NCBI GenBank assembly: GCA_963678315.1
Contig: OY782781.1
Location: 1,824,001-1,888,000, forward strand
Source: Candidatus Cloacimonadales bacterium
GTDB lineage: Bacteria; Cloacimonadota; Cloacimonadia; Cloacimonadales; JAFGVF01
Length of the DNA: 64,000 bases
Reading direction: 5' to 3'
Shown: one piece after another, positions 10,425 to 20,478 of the stretch
Position numbering within the stretch: position 1 is the stretch's first letter
Layout of the letters: each line of letters starts with the position of its first letter
Program-made: the position numbers and the translations under genes
The notes under the pieces: generated by a model
The model's database searches: none
Told to the model about the DNA's origin: nothing
Seen by the model: only the letters and a program-made list of their open reading frames with translations

Positions 10425-10720
10425 GGATTGTAAGCTTCCAGCTACGAAAGGAAATTTCGGGTTGTTTTTGGGTTGCAAGCTTCCAGCTTGCGAAACATAA
10501 TTCATCAAGAATGATGTTAAAGAACTATCTCTTTAAACATGCAAGCATGTTTAAAGATGCGCATTCAGGGATGAATGCACTCCAGAAGAGAGAATATGTT
10601 TTTGGACAGCATTTTTTGGGTTGCAAGCTTCCAGCTTGCGAAATATCATTCATCAAGAATGATGTTAAAGATGCGCATTCAGAATGGACCGTGATCGGCG
10701 AAGACGATTGAATGCATTCC
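10425..10720. repeat. REP/REPIN-like palindromic cluster 1
   Basis: GG(G/A)TTG(C/T)AAGCTTCCAGCT at 10425, 10470 and 10618, inverted partners GCATTCA..TGAATGCA(C/T)TCC, and inner hairpins. The block is shared with 29831-29997. Confidence 0.8.
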
Positions 10721-10871
10721 AAGCCTCTAATAAGACTTTATCTTTAAGGGCTTCCTGTATCAAATTGACTTTTAATGCAGGAGGTCCAAAACCACAAAGT
10801 GAAACTAAACTGTTTATCTTGACGACAAACCATATATTTAAATCATTGATTCAAAAAATAAAGGATATTAA

Positions 10872-11375
10872 ATGGAATATAATTACGTTCTTAAAAAGGT
10901 TAGATATGCCCTAAACTTTAATGATAATACTTTGATTGGCATCTTCAAACTTGGCAAATTAGATCTTTCAAGAGAATTATTACTTAATTATTGTGCTAAG
11001 TTTGATGCTGATGAATATGAAATATGTGATTCAAGAGCTATAGAAGCTTTTCTAAATGGACTTGTAATCTTCAAACGTGGAGATAATGGAATGAATCAGT
11101 CTCTTGATGGAGAAATTACAAACAACCATATTTTGAGAAAGTTAAAAATAGCACTTGATCTCAAAGATTTTGAGATGATAGAGGTTTTTAAACTTGGAGG
11201 ATTTGATTTAACAAAGAATCAGTTAAGTTCTCTTTTCAGGTCAGAAGATAACAAACATTATCAATCTTGCAGGGATCAATTGTTACGTAAATTTTTACAA
11301 GGAATGATAGAAAAATACCGTAACAAAAAAACTCGCAAGAGTAATGCAATACTTGATTTTGATAACTTCTCATAG
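10872..11375 (+). CDS. DUF1456 family protein (YehS-like)
   Basis: NYVLKKVRYAL, FLNGLVIFKRG, NNHILRKLKIAL and CRDQLLRKFLQG match the duplicated DUF1456 pattern. Confidence 0.85.
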   Translation: MEYNYVLKKVRYALNFNDNTLIGIFKLGKLDLSRELLLNYCAKFDADEYEICDSRAIEAFLNGLVIFKRGDNGMNQSLDGEITNNHILRKLKIALDLKDFEMIEVFKLGGFDLTKNQLSSLFRSEDNKHYQSCRDQLLRKFLQGMIEKYRNKKTRKSNAILDFDNFS

Positions 11376-11488
11376 TATTATATCTTAAATTTACTGTTAA
11401 TCAATAAACTTTTATTGACATAAATAGGCAAAATTATTCTATGACTTAAGAAAAATGAGTACACAAAATAATAATTAAGGAGTGTAAC

Positions 11489-14400
11489 ATGGCTCAGTTC
11501 AAGAAACAAACTATGGATGGAAACACAGCTGCTGCACACGTGGCTTACGCTTTCAGTGAAGTTGCTGCTATTTATCCTATTACTCCATCTTCTCCAATGG
11601 GAGAATATACAGACGCATGGGCTGCGAATGGAAGAAAAAACATTTTTGGGACTACTGTTGATGTAGCTGAACTTCAATCTGAAGGTGGTGCTTCAGGTGC
11701 TGTTCATGGTGCTTTATCAGCTGGTGCACTTACTACTACTTTCACTGCTTCACAAGGTTTAATGCTTATGTTACCAAACATGCACAAAATCGCTGGTGAA
11801 ATGTTGCCTACTAACTTCTGGGTTTCTGCTCGTTCATTAGCAGCACAATCACTATCAATCTTTGGTGACCATTCAGACGTTATGTCTGCAAGAAACACTG
11901 GTTTTGCTATGATGTGTTGTAATTCTATCCAAGAAATCATGGATTTAGGTGTTGTTTCACATTTATCAACTTTGAAAACAACAATTCCTTTCATGACTTA
12001 CTTTGATGGTTTCAGAACTTCACACGAAATTCAAAAAATCGAAGTTATTGATTATGATACAATTAATACATTAGTAGAAAAAAAATATATTGAAGATTTC
12101 AGAGCAAGAGCTTTGAATCCTGAAAACCCAAGATTAAAAGTTGGTGCTCAAAACCCTGATGTATATTTCCAAGGTAGAGAAACAACTAATAATCAATACA
12201 AAGCTACTCCAGCTGTTGTTGAAGAATATATGAAACAAGTTTCTGCTATTGTAGGTAGAGAATACAACTTGTTTGATTATGTTGGTGCAGAAGATGCTGA
12301 ATCAGTAATTATTGCTATGGGTTCTGGTTGTGAAACTATCGATGAAGCTGTAACTTATCTTAACGCTCAAGGTAAAAAATATGGTTTAATCAAAGTTAGA
12401 TTATTTAGACCTTTCTCAGTTGAACACTTTGTTAACGCACTTCCTAAAACTGTTAAGAAAATTGCTGTTCTTGACAGAACAAAAGAACCAGGTGCTATCG
12501 GTGAACCTTTATACTTAGATATCGTTACTGCACTTAAAGATAAAGGCATCTTTATCATTGGTGGACGTTACGGTCTTTCTTCAAAAGAATTCACACCTGG
12601 TATGGTTAAATCAGTATTTAATCACTTAGATGCTAATGGTTTCCATGGCTTTACAGTTGGTATTAATGATGATGTTTCTAACTTATCATTACCAATGGAT
12701 GAAGTAATCAATGCTATACCAGAAGATACTATTTCTTGTAAATTCTGGGGATTAGGTTCTGACGGTACTGTTGGTGCTAACAAGAACTCAATTAAAATTA
12801 TTGGTGATAACACTGACCTATGGGCTCAAGGTTACTTCCAATACGATTCAAAGAAATCTGGTGGTATCACACGTAGCCACTTAAGATTCGGTAAATCAAA
12901 AATTAGAGCTCAATATACAGTTAATAGTCCTGACTTTGTTGCTTGTCATAACCCTGCTTTCATCGGTAGATATGACATCTTAGAAGGTATCAAAGAAAAC
13001 GGTGTATTCTTATTAAACTCACAAATTCCTAACGAAGAAGTTTTTGCTTACTTAACAGAAGATATGCAAAAAACTATCATCGAAAAAAATATTAGTTTCT
13101 ATAATATCAACGCATTAGAAATTGCTGGTAGCGTTGGTCTTGGTGGAAGAATTAACACAGTTATGCAAGCTGCATTCTTTATTATTTCAAAAGTTCTTCC
13201 AAAAGAAAAAGCAATTGAGTTAATCAAAGGTGCTATCAAAAAATCATATATCAAAAAAGGTGAAGATATTGTTAATATGAATATCGCTGCTGTTGATAAA
13301 GTTGAAGAAGCTTTAGTTAAAATCGACACACCTGCATCTATGATTGCTGACCACCAAGAAATGACTAAACTTATTGCTGATGATGCAGATGATTTCACAA
13401 AGAATATCATTGAACCAATCATGAGAGAAAAAGGTGACGATATTCCTGTATCAGCTATGCCTCATGACGGTTTCGTACCTACTGGTACTGCTGCTTTAGA
13501 AAAACGTGGTGTTGCTCCATTCGTTCCTCATTGGGATGCTGAAAAATGTATTCAATGTAACCAGTGTTCAATGGTTTGTCCTCACGCTGCAATTAGAGCT
13601 AAACTTATTCCTGTTGATGCTTTAGAAGGTGCTCCTGAATCATTCGTTACTTTAGATGAAATGATGGAAGCTAGAAAAGGCGATGTTCAACACAAATATA
13701 AAATCCAAGTTTATATCGATGACTGTCAAGGTTGTAAGGTATGTGTTCTTGAGTGTCCTAAAGGTGCTTTAGAAATGAGACCTATCGAAGAAGAAAGAGA
13801 AGCTGGTGAAACAGAAAACTACAAATTCTTCGAATCATTACCAACTGATATTCTTGGTGCTTACAAAGAAGATAGCGTAAAAGGTTCACAGTTCAAACAA
13901 CCTCTTCTTGAGTTCTCAGGTGCATGTGCTGGTTGTGGTGAAACTCCTTATGTTAAACTTGTTACACAATTAGTTGGTGACAGAATGCTTATTGCTAACG
14001 CTACAGGTTGTTCATCAATCTGGGGTGGTACTTTCCCAACAATCCCTTACTGTAAGAATAAAGATGGTCACGGTCCTACATGGGCAAACTCATTATTCGA
14101 AGATAATGCTGAATATGCTTATGGTTTCAGATTAGCTGTTAATGCTAACAGAAAACAATTAAAATACAATGTAGAAAGACTTCTTCCTATCCTTAGCTGT
14201 GAAGGTTGCAAAGAAAAACTACAATTTGCTATTGATAACTGGAACATCGTTTCAGATGAAGTAAAAGAAAACTCAAAAGCTATCCAAGCATTACTTCCAA
14301 AAATGCTTGAAGGTGCAAATGATGAAACAAGAGCAATCATCGAAAAAATCATTGAATTAAAATCATACTTTGTTGAAAAGTCTGTTTGGGGATTCGGTGG

Positions 14401-15016
14401 TGATGGTTGGGCTTATGACATCGGTTACGGTGGATTAGACCATGTTCTTGCATCAAACAAAAATGTTAATATCTTAGTTATGGATACTGAAGTTTACTCA
14501 AATACTGGTGGACAAGCTTCAAAAGCTACTCCATTAGGTTCAGTTGCTAAATTTGCTGAATCAGGTAAAACTACAGTTAAAAAAGACTTAGGTAAAATGA
14601 TGATGGATTATGGTTATATCTATGTTGCATCTATTTCTATGGGTGCTAACAAAAACCAAGCTATCAAGGCTATCAAAGAAGCTGAAGCTTATGATGGTCC
14701 TTCAATCATTCTTGCTTATGCTCCATGTATTAATCATGGTATTGATATGGCAAAAGCACAAAAGATTGAAAAAGCTGCTGTTGATTGTGGTTACTGGATT
14801 AATTACAGATATAACCCAGCTCTTAAAGATCAAGGAAAGAACCCTCTTCAACTTGATTCAAGAGAACCAACTGGCGATCCTATCGCATTTGTTGAAGCTG
14901 AAAAACGTTATACTGCTCTAGAAAGAACTTTCCCTGAAAAAGTTGAAGCTTACAGAGAAGGCCTTAAGAAGTGGGTTAATGATAGATATGCTTCTTACAA
15001 AAAAATGGCTGAATAA
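11489..15016 (+). CDS. nifJ: Pyruvate:ferredoxin (flavodoxin) oxidoreductase, single chain
   Basis: DGNTAAAHVAY, YPITPSS, GSDGTVGANKN, two ferredoxin CxxCxxC motifs, ACAGCGE and the GGDGWAYDIG TPP motif. AGGAG RBS. Confidence 0.97.
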   Translation: MAQFKKQTMDGNTAAAHVAYAFSEVAAIYPITPSSPMGEYTDAWAANGRKNIFGTTVDVAELQSEGGASGAVHGALSAGALTTTFTASQGLMLMLPNMHKIAGEMLPTNFWVSARSLAAQSLSIFGDHSDVMSARNTGFAMMCCNSIQEIMDLGVVSHLSTLKTTIPFMTYFDGFRTSHEIQKIEVIDYDTINTLVEKKYIEDFRARALNPENPRLKVGAQNPDVYFQGRETTNNQYKATPAVVEEYMKQVSAIVGREYNLFDYVGAEDAESVIIAMGSGCETIDEAVTYLNAQGKKYGLIKVRLFRPFSVEHFVNALPKTVKKIAVLDRTKEPGAIGEPLYLDIVTALKDKGIFIIGGRYGLSSKEFTPGMVKSVFNHLDANGFHGFTVGINDDVSNLSLPMDEVINAIPEDTISCKFWGLGSDGTVGANKNSIKIIGDNTDLWAQGYFQYDSKKSGGITRSHLRFGKSKIRAQYTVNSPDFVACHNPAFIGRYDILEGIKENGVFLLNSQIPNEEVFAYLTEDMQKTIIEKNISFYNINALEIAGSVGLGGRINTVMQAAFFIISKVLPKEKAIELIKGAIKKSYIKKGEDIVNMNIAAVDKVEEALVKIDTPASMIADHQEMTKLIADDADDFTKNIIEPIMREKGDDIPVSAMPHDGFVPTGTAALEKRGVAPFVPHWDAEKCIQCNQCSMVCPHAAIRAKLIPVDALEGAPESFVTLDEMMEARKGDVQHKYKIQVYIDDCQGCKVCVLECPKGALEMRPIEEEREAGETENYKFFESLPTDILGAYKEDSVKGSQFKQPLLEFSGACAGCGETPYVKLVTQLVGDRMLIANATGCSSIWGGTFPTIPYCKNKDGHGPTWANSLFEDNAEYAYGFRLAVNANRKQLKYNVERLLPILSCEGCKEKLQFAIDNWNIVSDEVKENSKAIQALLPKMLEGANDETRAIIEKIIELKSYFVEKSVWGFGGDGWAYDIGYGGLDHVLASNKNVNILVMDTEVYSNTGGQASKATPLGSVAKFAESGKTTVKKDLGKMMMDYGYIYVASISMGANKNQAIKAIKEAEAYDGPSIILAYAPCINHGIDMAKAQKIEKAAVDCGYWINYRYNPALKDQGKNPLQLDSREPTGDPIAFVEAEKRYTALERTFPEKVEAYREGLKKWVNDRYASYKKMAE

Positions 15017-15042
15017 TAACTTAAGTTATTAATCATAGATTA

Positions 15043-15080
15043 AACAAGAGCTTTGGCTATGCCAAGGCTCTTGTTGTTTT
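15043..15080 (+). terminator. Intrinsic terminator after PFOR
   Basis: AACAAGAGCTTTGGC-tat-GCCAAGGCTCTTGTT followed by GTTTT. Confidence 0.8.
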
Positions 15081-15165
15081 ATCTACTTTATCTAGGAAAA
15101 TATGAAAAAAGATTGACTAAAATCTTAGACTATTGATAATAATAAAAAATAAAATAGAGGACAAA

Positions 15166-15957
15166 ATGAGTTTCTATATAAACAACAAGAACATTAAGAA
15201 TCCTTTTCTTAAAGTCTTAATATCTTTACTTGCAATTGTAATAGTTGTTCTAGTTGGAGCTATTGTTATAAGTGCAGTATCATCAATTTTATTAATAGTT
15301 GCTGTTATAGTGGGTTTTTCATTACTGATAATTCCTATTGCTCTTGTTTTTGGTCTAGGAAAATGGATGAAAGGTATTAGAGGTAGCGGAAACTTGCTAA
15401 CTGAGATTAGAGAAGTAAAGCCATTCTCCAAGATAAAATTATCAATTGCCTGTAACTTTAATATTATTGCTAGTGACAGGAATGAAATTGAAATCACAAG
15501 CGACGACAATCTATTAGGTTACATTTTAACTTATGTGCAAGAAGATATTCTTTATATTACAAGTGATAACTCATTGAATCCCTCAAAGAATACAACTTTA
15601 AACATGCAATTAAATCACTTCGACACTCTTATTATTTCTGGGTCAGCAACAGGTAAAATAAAAGATTTACATCAAGATGATATGACTATTAAAATTTCCG
15701 GTAATGGGAACTTGACTAGTAATGGAAAAGTTGATAAACTAGATATTGGCATCAGTGGAGTAGGCAGGCTGTCTTTCAAAGAATTAGTATCAAAAGATGC
15801 TAAAATAAAGATTTCAGGTACCGGCAAAGGTGATCTTACTGTTACTGAAAAAATAGATGCTACAATTAATGGTACGGGTAAGATTGATGTCTACGGAAAT
15901 CCAAACACTGTTCAAAAGAGAGTTAATGGTGTTGGAAAAGTGAATATTATTAAATAG
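15166..15957 (+). CDS. Membrane-anchored DUF2807 / head GIN-domain protein
   Basis: Two N-terminal hydrophobic helices, then IRGSGN..R, DDNLL and repeated ISGxG beta-solenoid units ending YGNP. ATG 15166 follows GAGG. Confidence 0.8.
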   Translation: MSFYINNKNIKNPFLKVLISLLAIVIVVLVGAIVISAVSSILLIVAVIVGFSLLIIPIALVFGLGKWMKGIRGSGNLLTEIREVKPFSKIKLSIACNFNIIASDRNEIEITSDDNLLGYILTYVQEDILYITSDNSLNPSKNTTLNMQLNHFDTLIISGSATGKIKDLHQDDMTIKISGNGNLTSNGKVDKLDIGISGVGRLSFKELVSKDAKIKISGTGKGDLTVTEKIDATINGTGKIDVYGNPNTVQKRVNGVGKVNIIK

Positions 15958-15972
15958 AGGATTATTTAGATT

Positions 15973-16944
15973 ATGAAGATTGGAATAGTTGGTGCAACTG
16001 GAGAAGTTGGACGCATGATGATTAAATGTCTAGAAGAATACGATGTGAAGATAGATGAACTAAAATTGTTTGCTACTAAGAAATCAGCAGGGCAATCATT
16101 ATATTTTAATGGTAATCAATATTTTGTAGAAGAATTACTAGAAGACTCAATGAAAGAAAATTATGATTATCTTTTATTCTCAGCAGGAAGTGATGTTTCT
16201 AAAAAGTATGCTAAAATTGCAGAAGAGAATGGAAATACAATAATTGATAATTCTTCTGCTTGGAGAAGAGATGAAGCAAAACCTTTAATTATACCTGAAA
16301 TTAACTCAGAAGTTATCGCTAGTTATAGCGGTATTATTGCTAATCCAAACTGTTCTACTATCCAGATGCTACTTAGCTTATACCCAATTCATAAAATAAA
16401 CCCTATTAAGAAGATTGTCGTATCAACATATCAATCAGTGTCAGGTAGTGGTAAAAAAGGGATTGAAGCCCTCTCAAGAGAAGAGATAGATAGGTATAAT
16501 GAAAGCTATTATAAAAAGCAAATACGGAATAATGTTATTCCTGAAATCGGAGACTATCTCGACAATGGTTACACTGAAGAAGAAGAAAAGATGAGATTTG
16601 AAACAAACAAGATTTTTGGAACAGACTCTATTAAAGTCTCTGCAACAGCAGTAAGAGTGCCAGTTGTTTATGGCCATTCTGAATCAATCTATGTTGAGTT
16701 AACAAATAAGTTACTCGCAGAAGATTGTAAGAATCTTTTCAGTGAAAATGACAGTGTAGTTTTACTAGAAAATGAAATAATTACACCTGTTGAACTTAAA
16801 AAAGATAATAATACTTATATCTGTAGACTGAGAAATGGAGTTGATGATTATTCACTAGCATTCTGGAATGTCGCAGATAATATTAGAGTAGGTGCTGCGA
16901 CTAATGCTGTGCGAATTCTTAAATACTTGATATCTCGAGGATAA
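15973..16944 (+). CDS. asd: Aspartate-semialdehyde dehydrogenase
   Basis: IVGATGEVG, IDNSSAWR, ANPNCST catalytic Cys, STYQSVSGSG, RVPVVYGHS and DNIRVGAA. Confidence 0.96.
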   Translation: MKIGIVGATGEVGRMMIKCLEEYDVKIDELKLFATKKSAGQSLYFNGNQYFVEELLEDSMKENYDYLLFSAGSDVSKKYAKIAEENGNTIIDNSSAWRRDEAKPLIIPEINSEVIASYSGIIANPNCSTIQMLLSLYPIHKINPIKKIVVSTYQSVSGSGKKGIEALSREEIDRYNESYYKKQIRNNVIPEIGDYLDNGYTEEEEKMRFETNKIFGTDSIKVSATAVRVPVVYGHSESIYVELTNKLLAEDCKNLFSENDSVVLLENEIITPVELKKDNNTYICRLRNGVDDYSLAFWNVADNIRVGAATNAVRILKYLISRG

Positions 16945-16945
16945 A

Positions 16946-18043
16946 ATGGATATATACAAGATTAGAGAAGATCTTCATAGGATTCCAGAGATAGGATTTG
17001 ATTTAGAAAAAACTTATAAATATATACTAGATTTATTCTTACATAAAGAAGAACTAGAAATAGTGAGCTTAGATTTTAATGCTATAGTAATATTCTACAA
17101 GAATGGCCTTGAAAAAGAATATTCTTTGTTTCGTGCTGATATGGATGCTTTACCAATAACAGAGGCTACTGGCATAGAATATCAATCATGTCATGACGGA
17201 GCAATGCATGCTTGTGGACATGATATTCATATGTCTGTATTAATTGGACTTATTGATAGAGTATTATCAGAGAAACCTCAAGAAAACTTGATATTTGTCT
17301 TTCAACCAGGTGAAGAAGGGCATGGGGGAGCACTGAAAATTATTGAAAGCGGTGTATTAGATGGATACAAAATCAAGCAATGCTATGCTTTGCATGTAGC
17401 TCCCAACATGGAAGTAGGAACTGTAGCTTCAAAAGCTGGAATAATCTTTGGGATTCCGCAAGAATTCGATGTTGTTTTTACAGGTCTTACCACTCATATA
17501 GCTTCTCCACAATTAGGCAAAGATGCGCTACTTGCAGGAGTACAATTCTATTCTACAATGAAACAACTAGTTCCCCAAACAATTAATCCGATAGAACCCA
17601 CTGTTTTCCAAATAGGAAAAGCTGAGGCTGGAGTAGTAAGAAATTCAATTGCTGAAACATGTTTATTCCAAGGGACCCATAGAACATTAACTAAAGAAAA
17701 TAGAGATATATTAAATAATCTGATGAAAGAAGTAGCTGAAGGAACAGCCAAATCACATGGGCTCAAAGCAGAAGTAAAACTTTTAGGTACATTTGACCCA
17801 GTAGTAAATGACCAAGATTTATATAAAAGATTTAAAGATATCATTACTAGTAGTCAATACAAGTTTCAAGAATGTGACTTCACAATGACAGGAGAAGATT
17901 TTGGTTTCTTTACTAGCTACTACAAAGGGCTTTTATTCTGGTTGGGATCAGGAGACTTTAACAACGGACTACACTCTTCAAAGTTTCTACCTAAAAAGGA
18001 AGCAATCAAAGTGGGAATTGATATAATGTGGAGTCTAATTTAA
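16946..18043 (+). CDS. M20D amidohydrolase, N-acetyldiaminopimelate deacetylase-like
   Basis: LHRIPEIGF, RADMDALP, MHACGHD, FQPGEEG, MTGEDFG..FWLG..LH. Lies directly after asd. Confidence 0.8.
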   Translation: MDIYKIREDLHRIPEIGFDLEKTYKYILDLFLHKEELEIVSLDFNAIVIFYKNGLEKEYSLFRADMDALPITEATGIEYQSCHDGAMHACGHDIHMSVLIGLIDRVLSEKPQENLIFVFQPGEEGHGGALKIIESGVLDGYKIKQCYALHVAPNMEVGTVASKAGIIFGIPQEFDVVFTGLTTHIASPQLGKDALLAGVQFYSTMKQLVPQTINPIEPTVFQIGKAEAGVVRNSIAETCLFQGTHRTLTKENRDILNNLMKEVAEGTAKSHGLKAEVKLLGTFDPVVNDQDLYKRFKDIITSSQYKFQECDFTMTGEDFGFFTSYYKGLLFWLGSGDFNNGLHSSKFLPKKEAIKVGIDIMWSLI

Positions 18044-18081
18044 TTAAATAATAAAAATAAATAACAATAAATGAGGAAGAA

Positions 18082-19116
18082 ATGTCAAAAAGTTTTGGAA
18101 GTGATAATCACTCAGGAGTGCATCCTAATATATTAAGAGCAATTGAAAAGGCAAATGTCGGTCATACTCATTCTTATGGTGATGATGTTTATACAGAAAC
18201 AGCGATTGCTAAGCTAAAAGAATTCTTTGGAGATAACATTGATGTATATTTTGTCTTAACTGGGACAGGTGCTAATGTTTTATCTTTGTTAAATTATCTC
18301 AAGCCATTTGAAGCTGTAATATGTGCAGAGTCTGCTCATATCAATGTAGATGAATGTGGAGCACCTGAACATTTTACAGGTTCAAAGCTAATAACTATTC
18401 CTACTGAAGATGGAAAGTTAACTCCTGAACTTATAGAAAAGGCAATTTTTGGTGTTAGAGATGAACATCATGTTCAAGCTAGACTTGTTTCAATAGCTGA
18501 AGTTACCGAACTCGGAACATTATATAGTCCCCAAGAGATTAAAGCAATATGTGATTTTGCACATTCAAAAGGCTTATATGTTCATCTTGATGGGGCTAGA
18601 TTAGCTAATGCTTGCGTTTCTTTAGGATGTTCTTTTAGAGATATTACTCTTGATGCAGGAATAGATATAATGTCATTTGGTGGAACCAAGAATGGTATGA
18701 TGTTAGGAGAATCAATAATTTCATTTAGGCCTGAATTATCAACTAATATGAAATATCTAAGAAAAATGGCTATGCAACTTTATTCTAAGATGAGATACGT
18801 AGCTGCTCAGTTTACTGAATATCTTTCTAATGACTTATGGTATGAAAATGCTAAAAATGCTAATAATATGGCTAAATATTTGTATGATGAACTTAGTAAG
18901 ATCCCAGAAGTAAAACTTACTCAGAAAATATATGCTAATGCAATCTTTGCCCTAATTCCAAATGAATTAATAGAAACACTTAGAGATGAATATTTCTTCT
19001 ATACTTGGGATGAATTCACTGGTGAAATTAGATTAATGTGCTCTTTTGATACTACAAAAGAAGATGTTGATGGCTTAGTTAAATATCTTAAAGAACTTCT
19101 TGCAAAGAGGATTTAA
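18082..19116 (+). CDS. ltaE: Low-specificity L-threonine aldolase (PLP)
   Basis: FGSDN, GTGAN, HINVDECGA, HLDGARLANA and SFGGTKNG (PLP Lys). Confidence 0.9.
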   Translation: MSKSFGSDNHSGVHPNILRAIEKANVGHTHSYGDDVYTETAIAKLKEFFGDNIDVYFVLTGTGANVLSLLNYLKPFEAVICAESAHINVDECGAPEHFTGSKLITIPTEDGKLTPELIEKAIFGVRDEHHVQARLVSIAEVTELGTLYSPQEIKAICDFAHSKGLYVHLDGARLANACVSLGCSFRDITLDAGIDIMSFGGTKNGMMLGESIISFRPELSTNMKYLRKMAMQLYSKMRYVAAQFTEYLSNDLWYENAKNANNMAKYLYDELSKIPEVKLTQKIYANAIFALIPNELIETLRDEYFFYTWDEFTGEIRLMCSFDTTKEDVDGLVKYLKELLAKRI

Positions 19117-19896
19117 GTGCTGAAAATAAAGAATATAAGAAACATAATTCAATCTTTAGGTATCTTGTTTATAGTTTACTTAGTGATTGCTACTTTTATG
19201 GGAAAAGGGCTTAATCTTCATAGGTTATGCCCTTATTCTGTAGTTTGCTTTGGTGTTTCATCCTTCATAGGTAAACTATCTATTAGTCCTTTCATGATAG
19301 TTTTTGCTGCAAGTTCAATTATATTACTACTTACTCTCTTTCTAGGACGTTTCTTTTGTGGATGGCTATGTCCTCTAGGTACTATCCAAGAGTTTTTATT
19401 CAAGATTGGTAAAAAGAAGAAACTTAGTAATCAAAACAAATATGATAGTTTTCATCGAATAATGTCTAAAGTGAAATACCTGATTCTGCTAGCTCATATT
19501 GTATTAGCCTACAATATGGTGAATTATATTTTTATAAATAAATGCCCAATCATTGCTGTTGCCAACTTTAAACTCTTAGGAGGGATTGCCCTTAATGTGA
19601 TATTAATATTGCTTGCTTCTCTCTTTATAGAAAGATTCTTTTGTAGATATATCTGCCCTTATGCAGCTCTGATGAATATTATGCAATTTATTGGCAAGGT
19701 GCTAAGAATACCAAGACTCAAAATCACAGTGAATAAAGAAGCTTGTGTTGATTGTAAAATATGTAATAAAAGTTGTCCAATGCAGATAGATATTAGTAAA
19801 AAAGCAGTTATTAATGATCCTAACTGTATCATTTGTGGAAGATGTAAAACAGCTTGCCCTAAAGAAGATGGCATTAGCTTTAAAATAAAGAAGTAG
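19117..19896 (+). CDS. Membrane 4Fe-4S binding protein (NapH/FixG-like)
   Basis: GRFFCGWLCPLG, RFFCRYICPY, two C-terminal CxxCxxCxxxCP motifs and several TMs. Confidence 0.85.
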   Translation: MLKIKNIRNIIQSLGILFIVYLVIATFMGKGLNLHRLCPYSVVCFGVSSFIGKLSISPFMIVFAASSIILLLTLFLGRFFCGWLCPLGTIQEFLFKIGKKKKLSNQNKYDSFHRIMSKVKYLILLAHIVLAYNMVNYIFINKCPIIAVANFKLLGGIALNVILILLASLFIERFFCRYICPYAALMNIMQFIGKVLRIPRLKITVNKEACVDCKICNKSCPMQIDISKKAVINDPNCIICGRCKTACPKEDGISFKIKK

Positions 19897-19899
19897 AAT

Positions 19900-20478
19900 A
19901 TGAAAAAAAATAAATCAAAAGTAATTATAGCTATTTTAATTATTGTAATTGGAGTTATTTCTATAAGCAAAGTAATTAGTCCTAAAGGCCTTTATACAGT
20001 TAATAGTGTTAGATGTATTGGCTGTGAAGAGTGTGTTTCTGTTTGTCCTGTTAATGCAATAAGTGTGGTTAATGGTAAAGCTCTTATTGACCAAGAAAAA
20101 TGTGTTCATTGTGGAATGTGTTTCAATGGAAATGGGCGAGATTATGAAGGATGTCCGGTAAATGCGATAGTATTTAATGATACATTAACTAGTTCTTCTC
20201 TTGAAGCTACAGAGGTGGAAGAGAAACAATATACTTCTGTTAGTTCAGAAGAGAATGCTACAAAACAAGATTCAATTTATGTAGTTTTACCTCAGCAATG
20301 TATTGGATGCCAATTGTGTGTTTCCAACTGTCCTGTTAATGCAATTGAAATGGTTGATGGCAAGGCTGTTATTGACCAAGAGAAGTGTATTCAATGTGGA
20401 ATATGCATTAACGGAAATGGTGAATTCAATGGTTGTCCAGTGCAAGCAATAATTAAGGAGCAAGATACTAAGAAATGA
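19900..20478 (+). CDS. N-terminally anchored polyferredoxin (two tandem 2x[4Fe-4S] modules)
   Basis: CIGCxxCVSxCPVNAI twice and CxxCGxC..GCPV twice. Hydrophobic N-terminus. Confidence 0.85.
   Translation: MKKNKSKVIIAILIIVIGVISISKVISPKGLYTVNSVRCIGCEECVSVCPVNAISVVNGKALIDQEKCVHCGMCFNGNGRDYEGCPVNAIVFNDTLTSSSLEATEVEEKQYTSVSSEENATKQDSIYVVLPQQCIGCQLCVSNCPVNAIEMVDGKAVIDQEKCIQCGICINGNGEFNGCPVQAIIKEQDTKK

Noticed and set aside
10748..10787. Long imperfect hairpin upstream of the DUF1456 gene as a riboswitch
   Set aside because: No recognisable aptamer consensus. It is single-copy here and may be only a terminator-like stem.
10415..10914. Short ORFs 10415-10711, 10525-10722 and 10684-10914
   Set aside because: They read through palindromic repeats, have no RBS or domain motifs, and their peptide repeats mirror the DNA repeats.
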